In this document: in pieces, positions 13,301-26,200 of the stretch
Position numbering within the stretch: the first letter of the stretch is position 1
Layout of the letters: every line of letters begins with the position of its first letter
Assembly (NCBI GenBank): GCA_051362555.1
Contig: CM120643.1
Span: 16,806,848-16,870,847 of the forward strand
DNA from: Lingula anatina
Taxonomy: Eukaryota; Animalia; Brachiopoda
Reading direction: 5' to 3'
DNA length: 64,000 bases
Position numbers and translations under genes: made by a program
Notes under the pieces: model-generated
The model's input: the letters and a program-made list of their open reading frames with translations, nothing else
Database searches by the model: none
Told to the model about the DNA's origin: nothing

Positions 13301-13420
13301 ATGCAAGTCGCTGCATATCTCGGACTTTTAACCCGTAGAGTCGTCTCTCCATTTCAATGACATGGGATTTCAATTGTAACTCTACAGTTTGCGGCAGGGC
13401 TGGTTGGGCTAGGCTTACTA
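10356..13420 (-). mobile_element. pogo-like DNA transposon, 5'-truncated; transposase pseudogene with CENP-B HTH, DDE_1, OTU-like and PHD domains
   Basis: Terminus TA|GGGTAGACCGGGG with subterminal GGGGCTAAACGCCC repeats; HTH (AGQDWVQGFLSRH); catalytic motifs MDETG, LLDGHHSH and LQLLD; one reading frame broken by TAG at 13116 and 11772 and a frameshift in the PHD near 11370. Confidence 0.88.
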
Positions 13421-13895
13421 TATCTGAATCCTCCAGGACTTCCTGAAGTTCTCTGAGCTTTTCATATCTCACTGATGAAGCATTAAAATATAGAAAAATG
13501 GAATTCAATGTGTCCTTGTAATCCTGTAAATAGTTCACTGCAGAATACGCTTGTGCACTTGCAAGGGCAAGTCTATGTGCACAGCAGTGAATGTTAACAA
13601 TTGAAGGTATTATTCTTTGGAACCTAACAACCACCCCATTCAAACGTCCAAACATAACACTTGCTCCATCACTACCAAGTGCAATAACTTTACGTAAATC
13701 AAAACCCTTATCTCTTAAATGAAGTAAAATGGCATTAAATACAGTTTCTGCCTTGCCATCTTTTACAGTTATGTTAGCCTCAAACTTAGTCCACGGATGC
13801 CCAGCTTTAACAGCTCTGATATAAAATATTAAATTTTTGTGAACTGTTACATTTTGTGTCTCATCAATGATTATACTGAAAAAGCTGCTTTGATC
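13421..13895 (-). mobile_element. ZNF862-like hAT transposase fragment
   Basis: FSIIIDETQ..., GSDGASVMFG, IHCCAHRLALA, YFNASSVR motifs. Confidence 0.8.
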
Positions 13896-14049
13896 TTATG
13901 ACCCTTATTTCCCATAATCTAGAACACTATAAAGAGAGCAGACAAACTTAATAGTAATTAATTGGACCATAAATAAATTCCGGCCCATAGATGGATCTGT
14001 TTTACTTTGCCTTTGTTGTCTTTGGGGGCAAGTTGGTTGGTCGGCTTTT

Positions 14050-14900
14050 ACTGATGTCAACAGCAACTGCATGAGGAAAACACTGTCAGTGCCCTACTGA
14101 AACCCTTGTGTAGCGTGGGCTTTCCTATATTCCCCATCATAGTGTAACACTGATTGCCATTTGAAGGCCTATGCCATGCAAGTAATCTTTGTGATATAGC
14201 TAACATAATTCACAACAGTTGTCAAGTCTATGCCCTCTTTTACTATCATTTCTGTGAGAATCTTCATGCTGGCCTCAGTGTACTGCATGGGTATCATGCT
14301 CTCTGGGGGGGGGGCGTCTGTTGTTGAGGGACACATTGAAATCACGATCCTAACGGTTGCACTGTCAGCTTTGCTGGTGTTGTATTGCTGTTTAAACATA
14401 ACAAAGTCCCGGACGTCATAGTGGCGTTTTGCGGGGTTAGCAGCACCCAGGGAATCGAACAGGTCAAAGGTGCTCTTACCTTTAGGAGGCGTTGTTTCCT
14501 TAGGAACTCCCTCTCCTGTTTTGGTCCCCAAAAGCTGACACAATTTCATGTAGTCCAACTCCCCCTCGATTGCTGTGGGTGCTGCCATGTTAGTGACGTC
14601 AAATCCTGTCTTTGAGGAGGATGGCGGCTTTGCTTCCGGTCCTCTGCTGCTGCCTACCCGTCTCTCAGGGAGCATCCCTGCAGCATCAGCGATTTGCTCT
14701 GTCCCGGTTGGTTTCTTACGTATTCAGGGAGGTAACTGCTTCCTGCAATAGCAGCTGCCCAAGTAGTAGCGTCTTGCCAAATGTTTTTTGAATTAGCGTG
14801 TCAGTCAGCATCTTGCAGGATCCCCATGAGATGAGTTGAACTCCACTTCACTCAAAATCGTCATTGTCTGATTGCTGAGTTCATACTCGTTCCTCTAAGT
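14050..14900 (-). mobile_element. DIRS/Ngaro-type ORF1 (gag-like) remnant
   Basis: ORF 14169..14675 continues past a stop into FKWQSVLHYDGEYRKAHA, resembling the SVLxYDxxYR motif of YR-retroelement ORF1. Confidence 0.6.
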
Positions 14901-15239
14901 CTAGAACTGTTCACCCATGGTGACGCTGTAGTAAAGGTAGTAGAGACAAGTATATAATAGAGAGCAAAGCGGAATTGGCTTTAAACTAGCAAAGTCGGTT
15001 TACTAACGCAAAATATTACGCATGTTACAGCTGGCGGCGTTAAACAAAGACTGTCCCAGGAGTGAAAATTTAATAGGCATATGAAATAAAGCTGAGTGAC
15101 CATTGGCCTCGTTACTGGATGTTTTTCACGTGGCCTAGTTACTTAGAGATGATAGGATAAAAATTGTTTTCCACATGACTAGTAACTACCCAGCTTGCAG
15201 GTCATACTTTTTCATCCACAGCTCGTCTGCCCTAGTCAG

Positions 15240-15900
15240 AGAGGCCATACAAATTTCAGTTGGTTCTACACCTATGTTGAGCGTGGCTTGAGCAAGATGC
15301 AAAGTACCTCTATTATATCTCAAAATAACTCTATTGGACAACAGCCAGGGCAACTTCAGATTCTACTCTGTTCTTCCTAACAAACACTTTTTTGAGGCAA
15401 TGAACCCAGATCAGATTAATTAGTGATTCATTGGCATTGGTTGTTTTTCCATGGGTCATTTTTTAAAGCAACTTTTCATCTGTCATTCTTTTATAAATGG
15501 GTACAAGGGCTTGTGCTGATTTAAAGGACAGGTAAGTAGAATTTATTTCCTTCATTTTGTGGGGGTTCATCCCCTTTAGCTATAGCTCTGTTATAGAAAC
15601 ACCACAAGTTCTCACCCATGGGCCACCTGCTGTGATGTGGGCCATCATCAGTGGACATGTAGTGAAACAAAGTGGCCATATGGCATCTTTCATGACATTG
15701 AGATCATGCAGATTATTCAAAATAGCTCCCCTGTAATAATTTTGCAGCATTTGCAGTGATTGGGAAGGCTCAAAGCACCTATGGGACATGGGCCCCTCCT
15801 GGGCCACCCTTTATGGGCCATTTTACACATCAATGGGCCATTGCTTGAAATTAATGGGCCATCTTCAAACTCTACAAATACACCAAACGTGTATCAATAT
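15240..15900 (-). mobile_element. Degenerate DNA-transposase fragment (Kolobok-like; LQNYY.GAI family)
   Basis: LQNYYRGAILNNLHDLNVMKDAIW and downstream KKCLLGRT motifs; heavily frameshifted. Confidence 0.5.
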
Positions 15901-17462
15901 TTTGGGGAATTATTAATAATGACAGGTTTTGCAGTTTTAACTTAAAAGTTTAATGTTAATATAGCTATTTGGTCAAGAATTTTACGTGTCCTTTTCAATA
16001 AAATTAATAGGATGCCTTACTTTTTGTATAAATTAGAAGAATAAATGAGAAAACAAAATGACAAGGAAACCTGTACATGCTCATCAGTAATTAGTCTTTA
16101 TTTGATGAAACCAGTTTAACAATCTAACATGTAAATCTCTAACAAGCCTACTTAAAGTCTAAAAGGTCCACTTTCATACCTGATAAAAAAATCTATCAAA
16201 TATCAAACTTCCCTCGTCTATCCAGGGAGATATAGCAGAAAATATATTATATTATCATAATTTCTCTTCAGTAGGTAAAGAACATTACTTTAGGAAACGT
16301 GCGTTTTAATAATGTTGATCAGTTCTGTGCATAAAAAATGAGACCAATCAATTACTGTCTACCTGTTACAAAGAGTTAGTGAAGTTATCTTTTTTTACTG
16401 CACCACAGATTCAGTGCATCTTCATAACTAATCATACTACCGAGAATCTTAACTCTCAGCAGATGATCACCGGTTCTGGACTGAGCCTACACCTTTGTTT
16501 AGTGACAATTAAGTTTTGCTGGGAGAACACCCTCTCACACCCAGAAGTGTGTAATGGAAGAATTAGAGCAATCTGGGCCAGTTTTAACAAATCTGGAATT
16601 TCATCCCTGTAGTGGATGGATAGTAAATTCCAAAGCCCAGCCATGCTGTCCACAGGGTATCTGCACTGTTTGACTATGGTTTTTGCTATCAGCCACTGGC
16701 CTTTCACACTCTGGCTATCCAGCACTGCTTTTGATGGTTGATGGTTGAAGACCCGCAGAAAAAAAATCAAACCACAGTTACCGAAAGTACTTACCCTAAC
16801 AGAAAAAAAAAATCTGATTTCTGATGACATTTCTTTTTTTTTTTTAAGTTTTAGGCCAAATTGTATTTTACTGCATGATCTTAAAATAATTTATTTTTCA
16901 TTCCTGTAATTTATTATCAAACCAAAGAGTGAAGTAAACAGCATTGTCATTTATGAACTTTAGCCTATTTCTTTTTGCCTTAATATGTTCATATAACTAG
17001 CAGATTCTGTCATATATAAATTGAATTCAAAGGAGTTTTAACTTACAATGTCTTCTCCATAAAAAGCCAACAGGTTTTCTATCTCTGTATTTCCATATGC
17101 TATGTGGTGTGGCTCATGATTTATGGTCCTCATAGCCATAATGTAGAAAGAGTCCAAAAGAGACTTCTGAGGGAATCTGGAAAATGAAAAAGAAATGCAA
17201 ATACAAAAATGCAAAATAATAAGAAGCATAATTTTGCTTTTTGAAAACATGGGGTACTTGGAGAATCCCTTACCTGTGGCTGATGTTTTGAATTAGTTGG
17301 TTGATGAACTTGGACTTAATGGCACTGAGGTTGGCATTCCTACTCTTTATCCTGTGACCCATGAATTCCAGGTGGTCATCAACCTCTTTTATGCCTTCTT
17401 CAAATTTCTGGATATAAGTTGAATGGGGGGTGTCACCAGCTTTATAGCAATCCAAATCCTGG

Positions 17463-18250
17463 TACCCTAGGTTCTAGATTCCGGTATTGCCAGCTCGATC
17501 TTGATTTCATATATAACCCATATTGCAATACCAGGCTCTAGTGCACAGCGGCCATGTGAGGCTTCCGTCAATCAAATAGAACTGCTCCGCAGTGAATCTG
17601 CAGTTGAATGTCATCAGAACAAAATGAAATGTAAAATAAATTTAATTCTGCTTTATTTAATTTTATTTGCTGTATTTAAGATATCTAAAGTGAGAAATAA
17701 ATAATATGTTTCTAAAAGAAAAAGGTATATCCAATGTTTTTGTATTTTTGCTTATAAAAGAATATTTAGTCCTGAGATAGAAGACACAATACAAGTGCTT
17801 GCCGTGTTGTGCCAAGTTTGACAGCTACACTGGATGCCCGATACCATTATAAGGGCTGCGCAACGGCTACACCAAAATCAATTTTTAAAACAGAATGTTG
17901 CTTATATTGTGGCACTGACCTTCGACTGCAAGATATTTTCAATTCAAACTTCTAAATCCGCGTCAGACACTTTGATTCTTGTCTCGTCTGCACGAGATTA
18001 TGTCAGCGCAAGGCGGGAAAGGCAGCTTCAGGCGGCCAAACCTGTGACGTACGAGACTTATGACTTCCAAATATGGATCCAGGCAAACACAGCTGTGACG
18101 TTTGACTTCCAAATATGGAAGCGCCCCAGGCAAAATTTTGAAGAAGAACGCCCTCAGATTGTCGCTGTTCGTCAGAGCTAGTGAAAGTGACTCCAAGGTA
18201 TATTAAATATTAAACAAACTAACTTTCACGTTGCTCTGACACTCAGGGTA
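17463..18250. mobile_element. Non-autonomous DNA element with short TIRs and an 8-bp TSD, inserted in a hAT exon
   Basis: TACCCT...AGGGTA ends; AATCCTGG at 17455-17462 and 18251-18258; excision restores VCLDLCLQDLDCYKAGD. Confidence 0.8.
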
Positions 18251-19244
18251 AATCCTGGAGGCACAAGTCCAGACATACCTAAACGATGATTTCATAAAGA
18301 ATTTTTTTTAAATATGAAAAATAAAAAAATTATTAAAATAAAGCAAAAATAAAAATGATAATCAACCACCTCACTGGAAGAAATAAATGGTTTATTTCTT
18401 AACATATAATCACCTATTTATCAACAAAATACACATACCTTTCATATAATGATCAAAATAAAAAGCTCAATCACCATTTCTTTAAAGTGAATATACTTAT
18501 GTATTCTAACAGAAAATGGCAGGACATTTCATATAAAAAGACAGTACCTTGGCTATGGCAACATCCAAGTGTTCCTTTTGGAAAACTAAACACAACTTGG
18601 TCACAATAGGCATGACGTCCATCATAAGGTAGATGACATATAAAGTTTCTTTCTGTGCAAGCTGTTTGAGTAACCCTTTTGCTTTTGGATCCTTAAGACC
18701 TCTGGAGTTCAGGTAGGTAATCAAAGCATCAAGAGTGCGGTAAATGGCATCTAGGGCCTCATAGAAAGACATCCATCGAACAGCGTGAATCTCCTTGTAC
18801 TTTAGAACTGGATGTAGCCACTTGCAATACTCACACACAACAACAACAGCTTTGCGTCGTTTTTACTGATTTATTAAACCGTCAACTAAAAAAATAATTG
18901 AAATGAAATAAGAAAATCATCTCATATTCTTGCCCTAGTTCTTTTATATAATGCTATTAAGTCGCTTAAATAACATCTTTACTTAACAGTTGCATGTTAT
19001 CCTATCTTTATCTCCAAAATATAAGTAACTCTTACCGACTTTGGGCTATTCTAGTGTAATGCAAGCGACTGGGTTCTAAATGATTGTGTAGTAAATCTCA
19101 TCTGGCGCACTTTATGGGCCAGATTCCTGTTACAAGAACACTTGTAATTACGGCTGTCTCAGCATCTAATATCAGCCGATCTCATTCCACGTGGAATCAC
19201 ATTCTATCCCATCATTATCATAAGCGCGCTAAAACAATTGTTAC

Positions 19245-22200
19245 TCAACACCGATGCGACAAGAATTCTGGGCCTTTAAACCAATTTGATGCCATCAGTT
19301 CCTCTGGATACAGCCCTCTAGAAGCATGGTCGGCCGGGTTATCATTGGTTGGCACGTAGTGCCACTGACTAGGGTCAGAAGCGTTTTGAATCGTCTGAAT
19401 CCTGTTGGCTACGAAGACATGAAATCTTCTTACATTGTTCTTCAAATATCCTAGCACTATCTTGGAGTCTGTCCAGAAATACTCCTTGAGGTTTTCATAG
19501 GTAATTTCAGACTTCAGCAGAGTACTCATCTTGATCGACATTGTGGCTGCTGTAAGCTCTAATCTCGGAATTGTAGTAATCTTGAGTGGCGCGACTCGAG
19601 ATTTGCCCAACACGATACAGCAGTGGCACTCGTTTTTGTTATTCACTACTCGAAGGTAGGAGCATTGGCCATATCCTCTAGTACTTGCGTCCGAAAAGTG
19701 GTGTATCTCTGCTGTGACAATTTTTCCAAAGTCTTGGGGAATATAGCATCTTGGTAAATGAATTTCCGCTAGCTTTGGCAATTCACGCAGCCATTTCTCC
19801 CATCTTGGTCTGAGCTCTTCTGATATTGGATCATCCTTGCTGGCTTTGGACGCACACATCTCCTGCAGTATCTGTTTGCCTAATAGGATAAATGGTACTA
19901 TACAACCCAAGGGATCGTAGACAGAGGCAACAGTCGAAAGAAATCCTCTTCTAGTCATCGGTCTTTCATTCAGTGTTAACTGAAAGCTGAGCTGGTCGCT
20001 ATGGGTATCCCACTGAATTCCCAATACTCTCTCTGTGGCAGGTAAAGGCAAATCAACAGTGGTGCTCTGTGCCCCTCTTTCTGATACGGGAATACTCTCC
20101 AAAACTTCTTGGTTGTTGCTAATAAACTTGTGAAGTCTTATATTTGCTTTCTGAAATAGCTGACGTACGCCTTCAATAAGCTGCTTTGCCTCCTCAGCAG
20201 AATCAATGCTTAATAACAAGTCATCTACGTAAAGGCAATTACCAGCTACCCAGCAAACCTTCTCATCAAATTCTTCTCCATGGTCTTCAACCAGTTGTTT
20301 CAAAGCAAAGTTAGCACACGCAGGGGAACAGGCAGCTCCAAACAGGTGAACTGTCATCCTAAATAGCTTAGGTGTGCCTTCTAGGTCTCCATCCCACCAC
20401 AGGAACTGGAAGTAGTTACGATCTCGTGGGTCTACCTTGAACCGATAAAACATTCGTTCTATGTCTCCTACAACGGCTACTGATCCCTCTCTGAATCTCA
20501 GGAGACATCCTATCAGACTGTTGGTGAGGTCTGGACCTGAGATGAGGTTCTCATTCAGGTTAATGTTCTTATATCTCGCTGCGCAGTCAAATACTACCCT
20601 GAGCTTTCCTTTACGTTTATGGTAAACTCCATGGTGCGGCACGACCCATCTGTGTCCTCCAGCTACATCTTTGTCTGGAACAGGTTCAGCTTCTCTGCTT
20701 TCTATCATCGCGTCCATGAACTTCTTATATTCGGCGGCAAATTCTTTGTCTGCAAATTTCTTTCTCAGATGCTCAAGTCTTCTCATGGCCATGGGCATGT
20801 TGTCAGGCAACTGTGGGGCATCAGTTCTAAATGGTAGAGGCATGGTATAGAAATTGTCTTGGTCTTGATAGATTGTGTCTTTCATCTTCCTTAAGAACTT
20901 CAAGTCATCCTGGGACAAGGAATCTTCTGACTTGTGCTCATCCCTGAAGTCCGCTTCCAGTAACTGAATTATCTCTGGCTCAGTTACTGTCTCTTTAACC
21001 TTTGTTCTGTGGACAAAAGTCACTTCTCCTCTATCATCGACTCTCAAATCCTTTTGTATTTCTTTCCTCATCACTCTGTGACTGAGGTGATATTCATCTG
21101 TGTCTTCTCGTCCGGTCCTTCCCACGACGCTCCATCCCAGGGGTGTCTGTATTCCATAGGGTTCCTCGTTTGCTCCTACTCTGACACTAAGGGGTACCAA
21201 TGCACGAGAGCAGTTGTAACCTATAAGTAAACCTGCGTCGCAATTCTGGAGCGGTGCAATTTGGCTCTGTATACTTTGCAGGTGATTCCATCTTCTTGCA
21301 TCCGATGGTCTAGGTACATGTTTCTTGTTGAATGGTATGTTTTCTCTTGTATAACAGGTTGGTAGTGCTATAGTTTCTGTTAAGTTAAAACCTCTTACAG
21401 TCAATCCTGGAACCTTTGAAGTTTTGACTACATAGCTGGAGTTGACTGTTGAAATCCTGATACTTGTAGGTACGCTTTCTGCATTCAGCTTGGCTGCTAA
21501 CTCGTCGCTAATGAACGTAACATCACTTTGACTATCTAGAAGAGCATATGTCAGGATTTCATTCCCGGAATTTCCTACAGATACATAGACTGGAATTGTC
21601 ATTGAACTGATAGCTCCCTCTTGGCAAGTACTTGACAATGTTCTTACATGTTGATCTTCTGGGTGTAGGACTTCGTAGTCCCCATGTAGTATGGCAGGGT
21701 GTTTACGACCACATCTACTGCATTGTTCCTTCCTTTTACACTCCTTGGCTAAGTGACCATTTCTAAGGCAGCTTAGGCAAAGACCTCTTTTCTTTATAAA
21801 CTCCATTCTTTCTTGTGGCGTTTTTCTTTCGAAGTTTCGGCATTCTCTGATGTCGTGTCCTATTTTCTCACAGAATGTACAGGCATTTTTCGTGACAGGA
21901 GGCATTGGTATAGCTTGATCGCTCGTCTTCGTCATAAGGCTGGTGGAAGTGGGGGTTTTCTTGCTAAATGCAGTTTCAGCTGGTCTCATAACAGGGTTAT
22001 TTACAATGTCGGATTCCTTTTTTACAAACTCTACAAACCTCTTGAAGCCTGGGAAACCTTATGATTCTTCGACAATTCGGGCCCATCTTCGTATGATCCA
22101 TTCAGGTAGTTTCTGAAGTAACTTCCTATTTTCCCGACAGTCCTCCAGGATCTTCAACTCTCCTACATGATCTGTTGCTGCTAAACACTGCCTGAGAAAA

Positions 22201-23055
22201 TCTGATAGTTTTCTAAGTCCCTTACTGTCTCTACTGTTAATCTTGGGCCACTTTTCTAATTTGTCTCTGAAAGCCTCTGCTATCAAAAATTTATCACCAT
22301 ATCTATCTTCAAGTATCTCAAGGGCTTCAATGTAAGCCTCTTCTGAATCTAAGTAAAACAAATGATCCACTGTCTCTTTAGCTTCTCCTCTGAGGTACCT
22401 CTTTAGGTAGTACAGCCTCTCACTGGGTGGGATATTTCTGCTTTCTATTAGAGTCTTGAATGCTAGTCGCCATGTTACATATGTTAGATAATTTCCCTCA
22501 AATACAGGTGGCTCTGGAATCGGTAATCTACTCAGGCTAAACTTCTAAGGCCCTCACAACATCATGGCTATAGCTGCTGTCTGACTCCTTCTTAGTAGTA
22601 TCTTCACCTCCCAATGCTTTCCTAAAGATTTCTTCCCTTTTCTTGCTTTCATTCAGTTCTGATTCTAACAAGAGCCGCTTTCTTCTCTGCTCTAAACGTT
22701 TCTGTTGCTCTTCTATTTCTTGCTGTGCTGTAAGGTACTTCAGCCTTTCCTTCAAAGCAACCTGTGTAGCTTCTTCTTCTAACTGTCGCTCCTTAAAAGA
22801 TACGTTTGAGCCGGCTTGACTGACGGAGTCATCTGGATCTAATTCCTCAATTAGTCTTCTTCTCAAATCATCTTTAGGCGATATGTTTCTGAATGTTACT
22901 TCTTGGTCAGTTGGTGTCTGAGAAGGAACTGTCCTAGTGCTGGGAGTCTTGGTAATGGTAGCTGCATCAATTTTTAATGTCAAGCAGTGAGCAGGTATTC
23001 TTAGAAAGTAGGGAGGGGGCAGGTGGTATGGGCAGCGTAACTTATTTGAATTCAA
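19245..23055 (-). pseudogene. BEL/Pao gag-pol: gag, zinc knuckles, aspartic protease, RT, Pao RNase H; no integrase
   Basis: SRLPIPEPPVF gag; CTFCEKIGHDIREC and CLSCLRNGHLAKEC; LLDSQSD; LRVVFDCAA, LYVDD; FSDAS...IPRLEL...NPADHASRG. Frameshift near 22536, in-frame TAA at 22059, ORF runs into the LTR after WFKGPEFL. Confidence 0.93.
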
Positions 23056-23218
23056 ATAAACTTATCTACACTACACAAGACAAGTAAATTTCAAAATGTA
23101 GACAGTTTCTCTTTAAGTAATAAGCTAGCTAAAACATTTGAACATCAACAGCAAACATGTCAAATTGCCGAGTATCTTAATCTTAACAAACAAATAAATT
23201 GATAATCATATGTACACT

Positions 23219-26200
23219 ATAGCTAATAAGTCCCCGGTCACTTTAATAGCACACGCTGTCTACATCAGACGCGCTAATGCGCACGTCCCCGACAGTGTTA
23301 ATGATAGGGGGATTACGATGGACAGCGCATGTTGCTCACAGCAGTAGGCACTGCCGCCGAAGTTAAACCGGTAATTAAGTCTTTAACTTGACTAAACATG
23401 TTTTGCTTTGTAACTTGCGTCCTTCAGTCTTGCTGTTGCGGAAGCGCCGGCGGGACATATCTCCACCTTGCCGATATTTATCCCGACTCTCGACTTTAAA
23501 AGTATTATTGGTTTTGATTTTATCAAAGTCTTATTATATCAGAAAACCTGCATATTTTCATACGTTAAGAGAATTAAAGAAACTGTAGAAAAAGCTACTC
23601 GTACATCAGGGATAAAAAACAACACCTTGCAGCACTATTACCTATTATTCATCACCAGAAGTTACTGTTTCACTTTTTTCTCCCAAATTACAAAGTCTGA
23701 TGACAACTGAAAGCCTTTAGCTATACCTCAGGGCAGTGGGAGATAGTCTGGATTTGATTAAATGTAATAAAAGTATATTTTGAAGAATTTTCCCAGCCTT
23801 CGGCAATTTCCGCAAAGCTTCGGCATACGCGGCAATACAGAGCTGTCGATATCCGCATGCGTGAACAATAGAATTGGTGGAACAACGGTTAACGTCGTTG
23901 AGTCGTCTGCAACCTACCCGACGGGAGTTCGTGTCCCTGTCGGTACTTTTGAAGATTTTGAAATTGTCATTATTATAAATATCTATTAATATATAAAACA
24001 GTCGTGGCTAATTGTTTTTGCAACGGAAAGCACAGTAGGAAGGTTTATTGTTATTGTTAAAGTCATTATTACTGGGGACATAAATTAGTATGCTAATCTC
24101 TTATCACGGTATAATGATTGATACGATGGGTATCAAATAGTTTTCCTTTGATATAAACAACAAAAGAGCGGCCTTCCAAATATCTTTGCTGAATGTTTAT
24201 AACGTAGGTACTATTATGCGCAAAAATATTGATACATGACACAAACGACATTTACTAATTTTGGTAATATCAATTTTAATTAAAATTAAATTTAATTGAA
24301 ATTAAAATTAAAATTTGTCTAAACGTGCATATTACCATTCACCTTGTTTAAAGGGTTCGCAACACTTTACATTCTAATACATTTTGCCAATTTTCATGTT
24401 TGCTAGTTTATTTTGATTTGAGAGAAAGCGAGAGAAGACCCTCTACTAGGGCCGCAAATTAATTATGAGTATTTTTCTTCAGTGCAAGAGACTGTAATGA
24501 AAAATCATTCTGTAACTCTGGTATAGGGTGGCCTTGTGTGTGCAATAAAATACAAGTAGGGGCAGGGGTACAGTTTTATAGTACAAATAGTCATTTTATA
24601 CATCTTATTGATCTCATCGTCGGGTCATTGTTTACAATTGCGCTTTGTCGCTGTGCGTACCTTTTTGCATTTGAGTTAGACTCAGTCAGTAACAGCTGGT
24701 GATTTTGTCTTTTTTGCGTTTCATTGACAATATTTTGGCCACCTAAGTAGGGAAATGTGGCTCTTTGTTTTGAAATGACATTTCCATTGTTCCTTTGAAC
24801 ATGCAAAAGTCAACACACTTACGTCAACATACTTACTTTGTAATACCAACCCAGGGGAAGAAACAAAAGCCTCATAAGGTGTCGTCATTCACACTGTAAA
24901 AGGTGTTAATTTCATGCTTCTATTGTTTGCCCATGAATCATTATGACAAATTTGTAGGGTTGCCAGATCACTGGCACTTCATTCAATTCTCTATATCTGC
25001 CCTGCAGCCTGGGATGAGTGATACTTGACTGACCTTTGTTTACATCTGGAGATTTTCTTTATAATTCGATCAGTGTGCATAAATTATGATATTTTCCATC
25101 AGGAAAAGTATGTGATAATGTTACGATTCTTATTTTACGGATACATAATTACAAAAATTAATTCCTGATTTAATACCCCCTATTTCAGCGCCTATTCCTG
25201 GCTGCGTTAATTATGGGGGGTTGGTAAGCAATCCGTTAGAACGCAGGAGTGATGATTGCTACTCTTACCAACGGTGCATCACCGATCAACTAATCTCAGC
25301 CACCTGAAGCAGATCAAGAATCACCAACAAAAGACAAATTGGACTACATCTGCCTTCTTGTTGAGACATCTTATGTAAAAAAGGCGATAACGGTCAAAAC
25401 ATACGTGCTTCGTGGTTTATTTAATGTTCATCGTATTTTTTCGTTCGTTATTCTTATGAGTTAAGCAGCTTCACCTCCGTGACACCCTTTTTATTTATTT
25501 AAACCATTGTTAGATAAACCATGGGTTTCACTCCAGATTTCACGATCGAGCAGCTGATCATGAGGAGAGTGTAGCATGCTATAGTAAACTACCCCAAATA
25601 TATATACAACACCTCCAGGGTTTCACGATCGAGCAAGTGATCATGAGGAGAGAGTGTAGCAGAGAACTTCATTAATGGTCGTCATAATTGGTGGTTGCCT
25701 TGGGAAAATGAGTTACATGATTACATAATACAGATACATAATAGCATAAGATTAATACTAAAATTTTCCCTGATACAAAAACCCCTATTTGAGCGCTTAT
25801 TCCTGACTGCGTTAATTACGGGTGATTAGAAAGTAATCTATGAGGACGCAGGAGCGATGATCGCTACTCTTACCAACGGTAAATCACCGATTTACTTGAC
25901 TCCGCTACTTCGAGCAAAATCACACACCACCAAAAGACAAATTAGACCACGTTCGTCCTCTTATTAAAACAAAGAATGTAAAAATGTGATGTCGGTCAAA
26001 GAAGAGGCCTAGACTACGTGCTTCATGGTTTATTAGATAGGCCTATTCATTTTTTTTATTTCATTATTATAGCTTCACCTCGCGAGACCCTTTTTTATAT
26101 ATTTAAAACACAGCACCCCACTGGTTTTGCGATCATGAAGAAAGGGAGTGTAGCAAAGAACCTCATTAATGGTCGTAATAATAGGTGGTTGCATTGTAGG

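Noticed and set aside
14050-15200. ORF1 remnant as the 5' half of the DIRS element at 5566-9278
   Set aside because: I could not find the expected copy of the 3' repeat (5621-5784) upstream of it, so the link is unsupported.
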